Positions 17,366 through 26,563 of a stretch of 36,706 bases of DNA are shown one piece after another. The notes beneath the pieces were generated by a model, which saw only the letters and a list, made by a program, of their open reading frames with translations, made no database searches and was not told where the DNA came from. The first letter of the stretch is position 1; every line of letters begins with the position of its first letter. This DNA is from a virus (lineage: Duplodnaviria > Heunggongvirae > Uroviricota > Caudoviricetes): the IMG/VR virus record IMGVR_UViG_2529293140_000002, one strand, 5' to 3'. Made by a program: the position numbers and the translations under genes.

Positions 17366-18016
17366 ATGAGCCTGAGTCCCGCACGGCAGCATCGCCTGCG
17401 CGTTCAGGCTGAACAGGCCGCCCGCGAGGGCGGCAGTGTTCGCCACGCATCGGGCTATGACCTGATGCTGCTGCAACTGGCGGAAGACCGCCGCCGTCTC
17501 AAGGGCGTTCAGTCCACGGTCAAAAAAGCGGAAATCAAGGTGGAGCTGCTGCCGAAGTACGCCGCCTGGGCAGAGGGTGTCCTGGCTGCCGGAGGCGCTC
17601 AACAGGATGACGTGCTGATGTACGTGATGCTGTGGCGCATTGATGCCGGAGATTATGCCGGGGCGCTGGAGATCGGGCGTCATGCCCTGCGTCATGGCTG
17701 GGTGATGCCGCTGGGTAACCGCAACGTGCAGACCGTGCTGGCAGAGGAAATGGCAGACGCCGCGCAGAGCGCAATGCTTGCCGCCACCGGCTTTGATGCC
17801 GATCTGTTGTTGCAGACGCTGGAGCTGACAGACGGTCTGGATATGCCGGACCAGTCACGGGCGCGTCTGCATAAAGCGATTGGCGCTGTCCTGAGTGAAA
17901 GCAATCCGGCTTCCGCCCTTAATCATCTCAACCATGCGTTACAGCTTGATCCCCGCTGTGGCGTGAAAAAAGACAAACAGCAGCTGGAGCGCAGACTGCG
18001 CAATGACAGCCGCTGA
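17366..18016 (+). CDS. M: Terminase small subunit / endonuclease (P2 gpM-like)
   Basis: 216-aa ORF immediately after N; conserved gene order. Confidence 0.8.
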   Translation: MSLSPARQHRLRVQAEQAAREGGSVRHASGYDLMLLQLAEDRRRLKGVQSTVKKAEIKVELLPKYAAWAEGVLAAGGAQQDDVLMYVMLWRIDAGDYAGALEIGRHALRHGWVMPLGNRNVQTVLAEEMADAAQSAMLAATGFDADLLLQTLELTDGLDMPDQSRARLHKAIGAVLSESNPASALNHLNHALQLDPRCGVKKDKQQLERRLRNDSR

Positions 18017-18111
18017 CAGAACGTGCCCCCGCGCACGGGCGGCACGGGGTGGCGAAAGGCACTGCCACATCAAAACCCCGTCCACCGCCCTCTATTTCAG
18101 GAGAAAGCAGC

Positions 18112-18576
18112 ATGAAGTTTGTTGCGCCAGAACAGGCACCGGAACAGGCGGAAATCATCAGAAATACGCCGTTCTGGCCTGATGTGGACCTGTCGGAGTT
18201 TCGCAGTGTCATGCGCACTGACGGCACGGTGACGCAGCCGCGTTTAAAGCAGGTTGCGCTGTCGGCAATTTCGGAGGTCAACGCAGAGCTGTATGAGTTT
18301 CGCAGACGTCAGCAGATGCTGGGGTATGTGTCGCTGGCTGAGGTTCCGGCGGAACAGTTGGACGGCAAAAGTGAGCGCATTCAGCACTATTTCAACGCGG
18401 TTTACTGCTGGGCACGCGCCATGCTCAACGAACGATACCAGGACTATGACGCCACGGCATCCGGTGTGAAGCGAGGCGAGGAACTGGCGGAATCCAGCGG
18501 TGATTTGTGGCGTGACGCCCGCTGGGCTATCAGCCGGGTGCAGGATGCGCCGCACTGCACAGTGGAGCTTATCTGA
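18112..18576 (+). CDS. L: Head completion/stabilisation protein (P2 gpL-like)
   Basis: ORF 18049-18576; ATG at 18112 preceded by AGGAGAAAG; stop overlaps the X start. Confidence 0.8.
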   Translation: MKFVAPEQAPEQAEIIRNTPFWPDVDLSEFRSVMRTDGTVTQPRLKQVALSAISEVNAELYEFRRRQQMLGYVSLAEVPAEQLDGKSERIQHYFNAVYCWARAMLNERYQDYDATASGVKRGEELAESSGDLWRDARWAISRVQDAPHCTVELI

Positions 18577-18779
18577 TGAAAGTGCGTGCGCATCAGTATG
18601 ACACGGTGGACGCGCTTTGCTGGCGTCATTACGGGCGCACGCAGGGTGTCACGGAGCAGGTACTGAAGGCAAATCCGGGGCTTGCCGAATATGGCCCCTT
18701 TTTACCTCACGGGCTGCAGGTGGAGCTGCCGGACATTCCGACCACCACCACCGTGCAGACCGTCCAGCTATGGGACTGA
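18576..18779 (+). CDS. X: Tail protein X (P2 gpX-like)
   Basis: 67-aa ORF, same length as P2 X, in conserved position before the lysis cassette. Confidence 0.8.
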   Translation: MKVRAHQYDTVDALCWRHYGRTQGVTEQVLKANPGLAEYGPFLPHGLQVELPDIPTTTTVQTVQLWD

Positions 18780-18782
18780 ATT

Positions 18783-18998
18783 ATGACGCTTGAGCGAATC
18801 AGCGCCTTTATCACGTACTGCATCGCCGTTGTGCTGGCCTGGCTGGGCGATTTGTCCATCAAGGATGCCTCAACGCTGGGCGGCCTGATGATTGGTGTGC
18901 TGATGCTGGCTATCAACTGGTACTACAAACACAAAGCCTACCAGCTTCTGCGCGACGGGCAGATCTCGCGGGAGGACTATGAATCCATCAATCGTTAA
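18783..18998 (+). CDS. Y: Holin (P2 gpY-like)
   Basis: 71-aa ORF with two hydrophobic segments and a charged C-terminus; immediately upstream of and overlapping the endolysin gene. Confidence 0.75.
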   Translation: MTLERISAFITYCIAVVLAWLGDLSIKDASTLGGLMIGVLMLAINWYYKHKAYQLLRDGQISREDYESINR

Positions 18999-19491
18999 AC
19001 GCTGCCTTGTCGGGGCCGTGCTGGCTATTGCTGCCACGCTGCCGGGGTTTCAGCAGCTTCACACCTCCGTGGAGGGGCTGAAACTGATTGCCGATTACGA
19101 AGGCTGTCGTCTGCAGCCGTATCAGTGCAGCGCGGGCGTCTGGACCGACGGCATTGGTAACACGTCAGGCGTCATTCCCGGCAAAACCATTACGGAACGA
19201 CAGGCAGCAGAAGGACTGATTTCCAACGTGCTGCGTGTGGAGCGGGCGCTGGAAAGGTGTGTGAAACAACAGCCGCCGCAGAAGGTATATGACGCTGCGG
19301 TGTCGTTTGCCTTCAACGTGGGAACGGGCAATGCCTGCAATTCCACGCTGGTGAAATTACTCAATCAGCGGCGCTGGGCGGATGCGTGCCGACAGTTGCC
19401 GCGCTGGGTGTATGTGAAAGGTGTGTTTAATCAGGGGCTGGATAACCGCCGTGCGCGGGAGATGGCCTGGTGTTTACAGGGAGCAAACTGA
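18979..19491 (+). CDS. K: Endolysin, lysozyme family (P2 gpK-like)
   Basis: 170-aa ORF with GGGAGGA Shine-Dalgarno; hydrophobic N-terminal segment followed by a lysozyme-like domain (DYEGCRLQPYQCSAGVWTDGIGNT). Confidence 0.85.
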   Translation: MNPSIVKRCLVGAVLAIAATLPGFQQLHTSVEGLKLIADYEGCRLQPYQCSAGVWTDGIGNTSGVIPGKTITERQAAEGLISNVLRVERALERCVKQQPPQKVYDAAVSFAFNVGTGNACNSTLVKLLNQRRWADACRQLPRWVYVKGVFNQGLDNRRAREMAWCLQGAN

Positions 19492-19492
19492 A

Positions 19493-19870
19493 ATGAAAAA
19501 GAAATTAATCAGCGGGCTGTTTCTGATGTTATGGATGGCGCTGTTAATCGCAGCAATGGTGTATCCCCAGGGGATTTTTCCGGTACTGGCAGCGTCCGGC
19601 GTTTGGGTAGCCTGTTTACTGATATGGGCGGTAATTCCGGTAGCACTGGCTGCGTTAATTAAGAATGGCCCGCTCTGGCAGGAGTTGAGGGCATCTTTGC
19701 TGAAGACAATTACCCGAAAAGAAAACGTATTTATCAGCTGGGTGATGCGATTGCTGATTGTCGTAAGTCTCGCCTGGACGGGGTGGGCTATTACCCTGGT
19801 CTTTTATCTACTGACCGTTATTGCCTTCTGGATCACCCGTAATCAGATGGCGCAACAGGTATCAGCATGA
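19493..19870 (+). CDS. lysA: Lysis regulatory membrane protein (P2 LysA-like)
   Basis: ATG at 19493 (MKKKLISGLF...); about 125 aa with four predicted transmembrane segments; follows the endolysin. Confidence 0.7.
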   Translation: MKKKLISGLFLMLWMALLIAAMVYPQGIFPVLAASGVWVACLLIWAVIPVALAALIKNGPLWQELRASLLKTITRKENVFISWVMRLLIVVSLAWTGWAITLVFYLLTVIAFWITRNQMAQQVSA

Positions 19871-20295
19871 ACCGGTTGCTGCTGGTTGTGCTGGCGTTAT
19901 TACTGGCGGCGCTGGGCTGGCAGACGTGGCGGCTGGCTGATGCCAGCCAGACCATCAGCACGCAGGCAGACGAGCTGCAGAGCAAAAGCCAGGCACTGGC
20001 AAAGAGCAATAGCCAGCTTATCAGCCTGTCCATTCTGACTGAAACCAATAACCGGGAGCAGGCGCGGCTCTATGCCGAAGCAGAACAGACCAGTGTACTG
20101 CTGAGACAACGACAACACCGGATTGAGGAACTGAAACGTGAGAACGAGGATTTACGCCGCTGGGCTGATACACCTTTGCCTGCTGACATTATCCGGCTGC
20201 GGGAACGCCCCACACTCACCGGAGGTGCAGATTACCGTCAGTGGTTGTCCGCGAGTGACGCCGTGTCGGCTGGGACAGGCAGCGCCGCGCACTAA
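19867..20295 (+). CDS. lysB: Rz-like spanin inner-membrane component (P2 LysB-like)
   Basis: 142-aa ORF with an N-terminal transmembrane anchor and coiled-coil periplasmic region; ATGA overlap with lysA. Confidence 0.7.
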   Translation: MNRLLLVVLALLLAALGWQTWRLADASQTISTQADELQSKSQALAKSNSQLISLSILTETNNREQARLYAEAEQTSVLLRQRQHRIEELKRENEDLRRWADTPLPADIIRLRERPTLTGGADYRQWLSASDAVSAGTGSAAH

Positions 20296-20428
20296 CGGTG
20301 GCCTGAACGCGTTGCTGGATGAAACGGAGGCCGCCTGGGCGGTCTGTGCAGACAAAGTGGACATGATTATTGCGTGTCAGGAGCGAAACAGTGAACAAAC
20401 CACAATCCCTGCGCCACGCCCTCAATAA
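20138..20428 (+). CDS. lysC: Rz1-like spanin outer-membrane lipoprotein (P2 LysC-like), embedded in +1 frame
   Basis: 96-aa ORF (GTG start) overlapping the lysB 3' end; lipobox LTLSGC after a short signal sequence; proline-rich. Confidence 0.55.
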   Translation: MRTRIYAAGLIHLCLLTLSGCGNAPHSPEVQITVSGCPRVTPCRLGQAAPRTNGGLNALLDETEAAWAVCADKVDMIIACQERNSEQTTIPAPRPQ

Positions 20429-20822
20429 AGCGGTGCCTTATGTCCGCAATAACCCGGACAAACTGCATCTGTTTGTGGATAACGGTTCGCTGGTTGCCAC
20501 GGGGGCCAGCTCCATGTCATGGGAGTACCGCTATACCCTGAACGTGGTGATAGAGGATTTCAGCGGCGACCAGAATCTGCTGATGGCCCCGGTTTTACTG
20601 TGGCTTCGGGATAACCAGCCCGATGCCATCAATAACCCGGCGTTACGGGAAAAGCTATTCACCTTTGAGGTGGATATTTTGCGCAACGATGTCTGTGATA
20701 TCAGCCTTAACCTGCAATTGACGGAACGTGTGCTGGTCAGTACTGACGGCAGTGTGTCGAGCGTTGAAGCTGTAGCAGAACCCGATGAACCTGAAGAAAT
20801 GTGGACGGTGAAACGTGGCTGA
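20391..20822 (+). CDS. R: Tail completion protein R (P2 gpR-like)
   Basis: ORF 20370-20822; GTG at 20391 preceded by AGGAG gives VNKPQSLRHALNKAV, matching my recollection of the P2 R N-terminus (MLKPDSLRRALTDAV). Confidence 0.8.
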   Translation: MNKPQSLRHALNKAVPYVRNNPDKLHLFVDNGSLVATGASSMSWEYRYTLNVVIEDFSGDQNLLMAPVLLWLRDNQPDAINNPALREKLFTFEVDILRNDVCDISLNLQLTERVLVSTDGSVSSVEAVAEPDEPEEMWTVKRG

Positions 20823-21261
20823 ACTGCAGAAGGTGGACGACTGGCTGAGTGCCTTGCTGGCGAATCTGGAACCAGCCACGAGAAGCCGCATGATGCGCCA
20901 GCTGGCGCAGGAACTGCGCCGGACACAGCAGCAGAATATCAGGATGCAGCGCAATCCAGATGGCAGCAGTTATGAACCGCGCAGGGTAACAGCACGCAGC
21001 AAGAAAGGCCGCATCAAACGTCAGATGTTTGCAAAGTTGCGCACCACAAAATACCTGAAAACTGCCGCCAGCGCCGACTCTGCCAGCGTACAGTTTGAAG
21101 GCAAGGTGCAGCGTATTGCCCGTGTTCACCATTACGGCCTGCGTGATCGCGTCAGTCGCAAAGGACCGGAGGTCCGTTACGCAGAGCGCCGCCTGCTGGG
21201 TGTAAATGATGATGTTGAGGCAATGACCCGCGACATGATTCTGCAATGGCTGGCGGGGTGA
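20815..21261 (+). CDS. S: Tail completion protein S (P2 gpS-like)
   Basis: 148-aa ORF overlapping the R stop; conserved order R-S-V. Confidence 0.8.
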   Translation: MAELQKVDDWLSALLANLEPATRSRMMRQLAQELRRTQQQNIRMQRNPDGSSYEPRRVTARSKKGRIKRQMFAKLRTTKYLKTAASADSASVQFEGKVQRIARVHHYGLRDRVSRKGPEVRYAERRLLGVNDDVEAMTRDMILQWLAG

Positions 21262-21265
21262 TCTT

Positions 21266-21283
21266 TGTATCAGCACTGATACA
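21266..21283. promoter_or_regulatory. Ogr-type late-activator site TGT-N12-ACA (V operon late promoter)
   Basis: Perfect palindrome TGTATCAGCACTGATACA, 5 bp after the S stop and about 50 bp upstream of the V start. Confidence 0.55.
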
Positions 21284-21329
21284 AGTTGCAGCACTGCCGC
21301 CTTTCTTCCCCTGATGGCAACCTTTCCCT

Positions 21330-21908
21330 ATGAACGCACAATTAACCGAAATCATGCGCCTTATCACCAACCTGATCCGCACTGGTGTAGTCACCGAAGT
21401 GGACCGGGAAAACTGGCTTTGCCGGGTGAAAACGAGCGACCTTGAAACCAACTGGATTAACTGGCTGACGCTGCGCGCGGGTAATGCCCGCACATGGTGG
21501 AAACCATCGGAAGGTGAGCAGGTGGTGCTGCTGAGTCTGGGCGGCAATCTGGAGACGGCCTTTGCGCTGCCCGCTGTCTATTCGAATCAGTTCGCACCAC
21601 CGTCGACGTCGGCGGACGCCTGTGTGACAGAACATCCTGACGGTGGCTGGTTTGAATACGAACCCGCCAGTGGGCGCTGGTATGTCAGGGGCATCAAATC
21701 AATGGTCATTGAGGCCGCTGACAACATCACCATGAAAACCAGTGAGTTTGTACTGGAGGCTGACCGCACGCGCATTAACAGCGAAGTGGTGATCAATGGT
21801 GGCGTTACCCAGGGCGGCGGAGCGATGAGTTCTAACGGGATCGCGGTTGATGCGCATCAGCATACTGGCGTCCTGAAAGGCGGCGATACCACCGGAGGTC
21901 CGGTATGA
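21330..21908 (+). CDS. V: Baseplate spike/assembly protein V (P2 gpV-like)
   Basis: 192-aa ORF; first gene after the late-promoter palindrome; conserved order V-W-J-I-H-G. Confidence 0.85.
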   Translation: MNAQLTEIMRLITNLIRTGVVTEVDRENWLCRVKTSDLETNWINWLTLRAGNARTWWKPSEGEQVVLLSLGGNLETAFALPAVYSNQFAPPSTSADACVTEHPDGGWFEYEPASGRWYVRGIKSMVIEAADNITMKTSEFVLEADRTRINSEVVINGGVTQGGGAMSSNGIAVDAHQHTGVLKGGDTTGGPV

Positions 21909-22264
21909 CGCTTTATAGCGGGATGAACAATACCAGCGGTAAAGCTATTACTGATATTGACCATCTGCGCCAGTCGGTGCGGGACATTCTGCTGACACCG
22001 CAGGGTAGCCGCATTGCCCGCCGGGAATATGGTTCCCTGCTGTCGGCTTTAATAGATCAGCCACAAAATCCGGTGTTACGCCTGCAGGTCATGTCGGCTG
22101 TGTATGTGGCACTGAGTCGCTGGGAGCCACGGCTGACGCTGGATTCCATCACCATCAACAGCAATTTTGACGGTTCAATGGTGGTGGAGCTGACCGGGCG
22201 GCGGAATAACGGTGTGCCTGTGTCCCTTTCCGTATCAACAGGAGCAGAGAATGGCAGTGATTGA
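21905..22264 (+). CDS. W: Baseplate wedge protein W (P2 gpW-like)
   Basis: 119-aa ORF, ATGA overlap with V; size matches P2 W. Confidence 0.85.
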   Translation: MTLYSGMNNTSGKAITDIDHLRQSVRDILLTPQGSRIARREYGSLLSALIDQPQNPVLRLQVMSAVYVALSRWEPRLTLDSITINSNFDGSMVVELTGRRNNGVPVSLSVSTGAENGSD

Positions 22265-23159
22265 CCTTTCGCAGTTGCCTGCGCCGCAGATTGTGGATGT
22301 GCCGGACTTTGAGACGCTGCTTGCCGAACGCAAGGCAGAATTTGTGGCGCTTCATCCGAAAGATGAGCAGGAGGCTGTGATCCGCACGCTGGAACTGGAA
22401 TCTGAACCCGTCACCAAATTGCTGCAGGAGAACGCTTACCGTGAGTTGCTTCTGCGCCAGCGCATTAACGAAGCCGCGCAGGCGGTGATGGTGGCTTACG
22501 CGATGGGCGGCGATCTGGACCAGCTCGCTGCCAACTACAACGTGAAACGCCTGACGGTGACGCCTGCTGATGATGACGCTGTGCCGCCCGTTGCAGCTGT
22601 GATGGAAAGCGATGAAGCGTTACGCCTGCGTGTGCCTGCAGCCTTTGAGGGGCTTTCAGTTGCGGGGCCAACTGCAGCTTATGAATTTCATGCCCGAAGC
22701 GCCGACGGTCGGGTGGCGGATGCCAGTGCAACCAGTCCGGCACCTGCAGAGGTGGTGCTGACAGTCCTTAGCCGCGAAGGCGACGGAACAGCAGAAAAAG
22801 ACCTGCTGGATGTGGTGGAAAAAGCCCTGAACAGTGAGAACGTCCGCCCGGTGGCTGACCGTCTGACGGTTCGCAGTGCAGAAATCATCCCGTACCGTGT
22901 GGAAGCCACCATTTTTCTCTATCCGGGACCGGAAGCGGAGCCGGTAATGGCAGCGGCAAAAGCCAGCCTGCAGAAGTACATCGCCAGTCAGACGCGGCTT
23001 GGTCGGGATATTCGCCGTAGTGCCATTTTTGCCGCGCTGCATGTTGAGGGGGTTCAACGTGTGGAGCTGGCTTCACCGCTGGCGGATGTGGTCCTGAACA
23101 AAACACAGGCCGCATCATGTACGCAGTGGAGCGTAACCAACGGAGGAACGGATGAATAG
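22251..23159 (+). CDS. J: Baseplate protein J (P2 gpJ-like)
   Basis: ORF 22212-23159; ATG at 22251 preceded by GGAG gives 302 aa, the length of P2 J. Confidence 0.85.
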   Translation: MAVIDLSQLPAPQIVDVPDFETLLAERKAEFVALHPKDEQEAVIRTLELESEPVTKLLQENAYRELLLRQRINEAAQAVMVAYAMGGDLDQLAANYNVKRLTVTPADDDAVPPVAAVMESDEALRLRVPAAFEGLSVAGPTAAYEFHARSADGRVADASATSPAPAEVVLTVLSREGDGTAEKDLLDVVEKALNSENVRPVADRLTVRSAEIIPYRVEATIFLYPGPEAEPVMAAAKASLQKYIASQTRLGRDIRRSAIFAALHVEGVQRVELASPLADVVLNKTQAASCTQWSVTNGGTDE

Positions 23160-23757
23160 TCTGCTGCCACCGGGTTCAACTTCACTGGAGCGCCGACTGG
23201 CGCAAACCTGCAGCGGGATTTCTGATCTGCAGGTGCCGCTTCGTGACTTGTGGAATCCGGCAACCTGTCCGGTCAGTTTCCTGCCTTATCTCGCCTGGGC
23301 GTTCTCTGTGGATCGCTGGGACGAGGGCTGGACAGAAAGCGTCAAACGCCAGGTAGTGAAGGATGCTTTTTATATTCATCAGCATAAAGGAACCACCAGT
23401 GCCGTGCGGCGGGTGGTGGAACCGTTCGGATTCCTGATCCGCATTATTGAGTGGTGGCAGACCGGAGAGGCTCCGGGCACGTTTCGCCTGGATATCGGCG
23501 TGCAGGACCAGGGCATCACTGAAGATACCTATCTGGAACTTGAGCGACTGATAAGCGATGCCAAACCATGTAGCCGCCACATGATCGGCATGTCCATCAA
23601 TCTGCAGACCAGCGGCCCGCATTGGGTGGGAGCCGCCAGCTATCTTGGCGAAGAAATCACGATCTATCCGTATATCAACGAAACAATTATTTCTGGCGGC
23701 ACCGCGCATGAAGGCGGGGCGGTCCATGTTATTGACACAATGAGAGTGAATCCATGA
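23152..23757 (+). CDS. I: Baseplate/tail protein I (P2 gpI-like)
   Basis: 201-aa ORF with GGAGGA upstream; overlaps the J stop and the H start. Confidence 0.85.
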   Translation: MNSLLPPGSTSLERRLAQTCSGISDLQVPLRDLWNPATCPVSFLPYLAWAFSVDRWDEGWTESVKRQVVKDAFYIHQHKGTTSAVRRVVEPFGFLIRIIEWWQTGEAPGTFRLDIGVQDQGITEDTYLELERLISDAKPCSRHMIGMSINLQTSGPHWVGAASYLGEEITIYPYINETIISGGTAHEGGAVHVIDTMRVNP

Positions 23758-25427
23758 GCACAAAATTTTATACCCTGCTGACGGATATTGGCGCGGCGAA
23801 ACTTGCCAGCGCCGCCGCGCTCGGTGTGCCGCTAAAAATTACCCATATGGCGGTGGGCGATGGTGGCGGAACATTGCCGACGCCGGACGCAAAGCAGAGT
23901 GCACTGGTAAATGAGAAACGTCGGGCTGCGCTGAATATGCTCTATATCGACCCACAGAACAGCAGCCAGATTATTGCTGAACAGGTGATCCCTGAAAACG
24001 AGGGCGGTTGGTGGATACGTGAAGTGGGCCTGTTTGATGAGTCCGGGGCATTGATTGCCGTGGGAAACTGCCCGGAAAGCTATAAGCCGCAACTGGCTGA
24101 AGGTAGCGGGCGCACTCAGACCGTGCGCATGGTGCTGATTACCAGCAGCACGGACAATATCACCCTGAAAATCGACCCTGCTGTAGTGCTGGCAACCCGC
24201 AAGTATGTGGATGACAAGGCACTGGAGCTGAAGGTGTACGCGGATGATCAGATGGCAAAACATCTTGCCGCACCGGACCCGCATTCACAGTATGCACCCA
24301 AAGAAAGTCCGACGTTTACCGGGACACCCAAAGCGCCAACGCCAGCAGCAGGGAATAACACCACGCAGATTGCGACCACCGCGTTTGTTCAGGCGGCTCT
24401 GACGGCCCTTATTAATGGTGCGCCAGCCACGCTGGACACGCTGAAAGAAATAGCCGCAGCCATTAACAATGATCCGAATTTCAGTACCACCATTAACAAT
24501 GTGCTGGCACTAAAAGCACCGTTGTCGAGTCCGGCACTCACCGGAACGCCAACAGCCCCCACGGCGGAGCAGTCGGTCAACAATACACAGATTGCCACTA
24601 CGGCTTTTGTGAAATCGGCGATTGCAGGAATGGTGGGTTCTGCACCCGCGGCACTGGATACACTGAACGAACTGGCGGCGGCACTGGGGAATGATCCGAA
24701 CTTTGCCACGACAATGCTTAATGCGCTGGCAGGTAAACAACCGCTGGACAATACGCTGACTAATTTGAGTGGAAAGGATGTTGCTGGTCTTCTCGCATAC
24801 CTTGGTTTGGTGGATGATTCCGGTGTAGTAGGCCGCTTGCTTAATACTCAAGTGATTACCTCATCTGGTACTTACACCCCAACACCGGGTACCCGGAAAA
24901 TTAAGGTAATTCTTACCGGGGGAGGTGGCGGTGGTAGTTCTGTCATCGCCACATCATTTTCTCAGACGGCGTTTGGAGGTGGAGGTGGCTCTGCCGCAAC
25001 CTGCATCGGTATTTTTGACCTTGAAGATATCAGTGATTTTTCTGTCGTTATCGGAGCAGGTGGAACAGCTGGTAATCCAGGTGGGACATCAACATTTAAT
25101 GGAATGTCAGCCGGTTGCGGTGGTGGTGGATCCGGCGTAAACACTCCGGCAACTGGTACTGGTGGTACAGCTGGAACAGCTACTGGCGGGCTAATCAATA
25201 TCCATGGTGGCCATGGTAGTGACGGTCAGGTGGGAAGTTATTACTCATTTGGTAATGGTGCGGCTTCGTTCTGGGGGGGAGGTGGTCGTTCTGGTGCTGC
25301 TAATGGTATTGCAGCCAAAGCATATGGTGCTGGCGGAGGTGCTGCTTATGACACCGCTTTTTCAGGAGTGCTAAAAGCCGGTGGAACAGGAGCGCCTGGG
25401 ATCTGCGTGATTGAGGAGTTTGCATAA
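23754..25427 (+). CDS. H: Tail fibre protein H with glycine-rich C-terminal domain
   Basis: 557-aa ORF; N-terminus typical of P2 H (MSTKFYTLLTDIGAAK...); internal tandem repeat (NTTQIATTAFV...LDTLKEIAAAINNDPNF, twice); C-terminal third is glycine-rich. Confidence 0.85.
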   Translation: MSTKFYTLLTDIGAAKLASAAALGVPLKITHMAVGDGGGTLPTPDAKQSALVNEKRRAALNMLYIDPQNSSQIIAEQVIPENEGGWWIREVGLFDESGALIAVGNCPESYKPQLAEGSGRTQTVRMVLITSSTDNITLKIDPAVVLATRKYVDDKALELKVYADDQMAKHLAAPDPHSQYAPKESPTFTGTPKAPTPAAGNNTTQIATTAFVQAALTALINGAPATLDTLKEIAAAINNDPNFSTTINNVLALKAPLSSPALTGTPTAPTAEQSVNNTQIATTAFVKSAIAGMVGSAPAALDTLNELAAALGNDPNFATTMLNALAGKQPLDNTLTNLSGKDVAGLLAYLGLVDDSGVVGRLLNTQVITSSGTYTPTPGTRKIKVILTGGGGGGSSVIATSFSQTAFGGGGGSAATCIGIFDLEDISDFSVVIGAGGTAGNPGGTSTFNGMSAGCGGGGSGVNTPATGTGGTAGTATGGLINIHGGHGSDGQVGSYYSFGNGAASFWGGGGRSGAANGIAAKAYGAGGGAAYDTAFSGVLKAGGTGAPGICVIEEFA

Positions 25428-25840
25428 TGAATTACGCATTAATTAAAAATAATGTCGTCGTAAATACGGTTGTCTGTAATTCAGATAACGATGCAAAAAA
25501 ATTATTTCCGGATTACACCGTCATTAATATTACTGGCATTGCCGCAGGAATAAACTGGACATATGACGGTACTAATTTCACGGCGCCAGTTATTGAAAAA
25601 TCAGTTGCCGAATTAGCCGCGGAAAATATGGCAATATCAAACTCTGAGTATGCTCGCGCAACAACTCAAATCGATTTGTTGAACGATCAGATCCAGGATG
25701 CTGACTACACTGACACAACTGAGAACGCAGTGAAGTCGGCACTTACAGAGTGGACTGAGTACCGTAAATCATTACGTGCATATATCAGGGCTGGTGACTG
25801 GACACAGTCACTGCCTATTCAGCCAGATTCGGTCAGTTAA
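25427..25840 (+). CDS. G: Tail fibre assembly chaperone (P2 gpG-like)
   Basis: 137-aa ORF immediately after H with TAATG overlap; AT-rich relative to the phage backbone; position of the tail fibre assembly gene. Confidence 0.65.
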   Translation: MNYALIKNNVVVNTVVCNSDNDAKKLFPDYTVINITGIAAGINWTYDGTNFTAPVIEKSVAELAAENMAISNSEYARATTQIDLLNDQIQDADYTDTTENAVKSALTEWTEYRKSLRAYIRAGDWTQSLPIQPDSVS

Positions 25841-25860
25841 CGTTTAGCAAGATGTCGGAA

Positions 25861-25895
25861 GCCGCAGCACGTCGGATGCAAGGACGTGCTGCGGC
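25861..25895. terminator. Perfect 13-bp stem hairpin (GCCGCAGCACGTC / GACGTGCTGCGGC), possible terminator or structured site
   Basis: Stem 25861-25873 and 25883-25895 with 9-nt loop, 20 bp after the G stop; no clear U-tract on either strand, so intrinsic-terminator function is uncertain. Confidence 0.3.
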
Positions 25896-25996
25896 TGGCT
25901 GGCGAACTTTCGATAGTGCGAGTATTGAACGTTTAAGAAAATGAAGAGATAACGGCTAACTGGCATCATTTCCGGTTTCTATTCAGGGGGATGATC

Positions 25997-26563
25997 ATGC
26001 TTATTGGATATGTACGCGTGTCAACAAATGACCAGAACACCGATTTGCAACGTAGTGCGCTGAACTGCGCGGGATGTGAGCGGATTTTTGAGGACAAAAT
26101 CAGTGGTACTAAGTCCGACAGACCGGGGCTTAAAAAACTGCTCAGGACACTATCGGCAGGTGACACACTGGTTGTCTGGAAGCTGGACAGGTTGGGGCGC
26201 AGTATGCGGCATCTTGTTACGCTGATAGAAGAGTTGCGCCAGCGCGGCGTGAATTTCCGAAGTCTGACTGACAGTATTGATACCAGTACCCCAATGGGCA
26301 GTTTCTTTTTTCATGTCATGGGTGCCCTGGCTGAAATGGAACGCGAACTGATAGTTGAACGTACCAGGGCAGGGCTGGCTGCAGCTCGTGCTAAAGGCAG
26401 AGTAGGTGGACGCCGTCCTAAGTTGACTACCGAACAGTGGGCACAGATTGGGCGTTTACTCGAGGCCGGAGAATCAAGACAGCGTATTGCACTGATTTTT
26501 GATGTAGGCGTTTCTACCATTTATAGAAAATTTCCGGCAAATAAGAGCAATGAATCTCCCTGA
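25997..26563 (+). CDS. Serine recombinase, DNA invertase of the Hin/Gin/Pin/Cin family
   Basis: ATG at 25997 after GGGGGA; N-terminus MLIGYVRVSTNDQNTDLQ with catalytic serine context, resolvase domain and C-terminal HTH (GVSTIYRKF); about 188 aa. Confidence 0.85.
   Translation: MLIGYVRVSTNDQNTDLQRSALNCAGCERIFEDKISGTKSDRPGLKKLLRTLSAGDTLVVWKLDRLGRSMRHLVTLIEELRQRGVNFRSLTDSIDTSTPMGSFFFHVMGALAEMERELIVERTRAGLAAARAKGRVGGRRPKLTTEQWAQIGRLLEAGESRQRIALIFDVGVSTIYRKFPANKSNESP

Noticed and set aside
23182-23763. 193-aa minus-strand ORF overlapping baseplate gene I
   Set aside because: Antisense to a conserved baseplate gene; spurious by the same reasoning.
24900-25430. Glycine-rich region of H as a simple tandem repeat or CRISPR-like array
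   Set aside because: The repetitiveness is at the amino-acid level (Gly codons) within a continuous ORF, with no regularly spaced identical DNA repeats and spacers.
25900-25996. Possible Gin/Hin-type crossover site just upstream of the invertase gene
   Set aside because: Only a partial half-site-like GGTTT element was found; no palindromic 26-bp site with AAACC/GGTTT arms could be identified by eye, so no inversion site is called.
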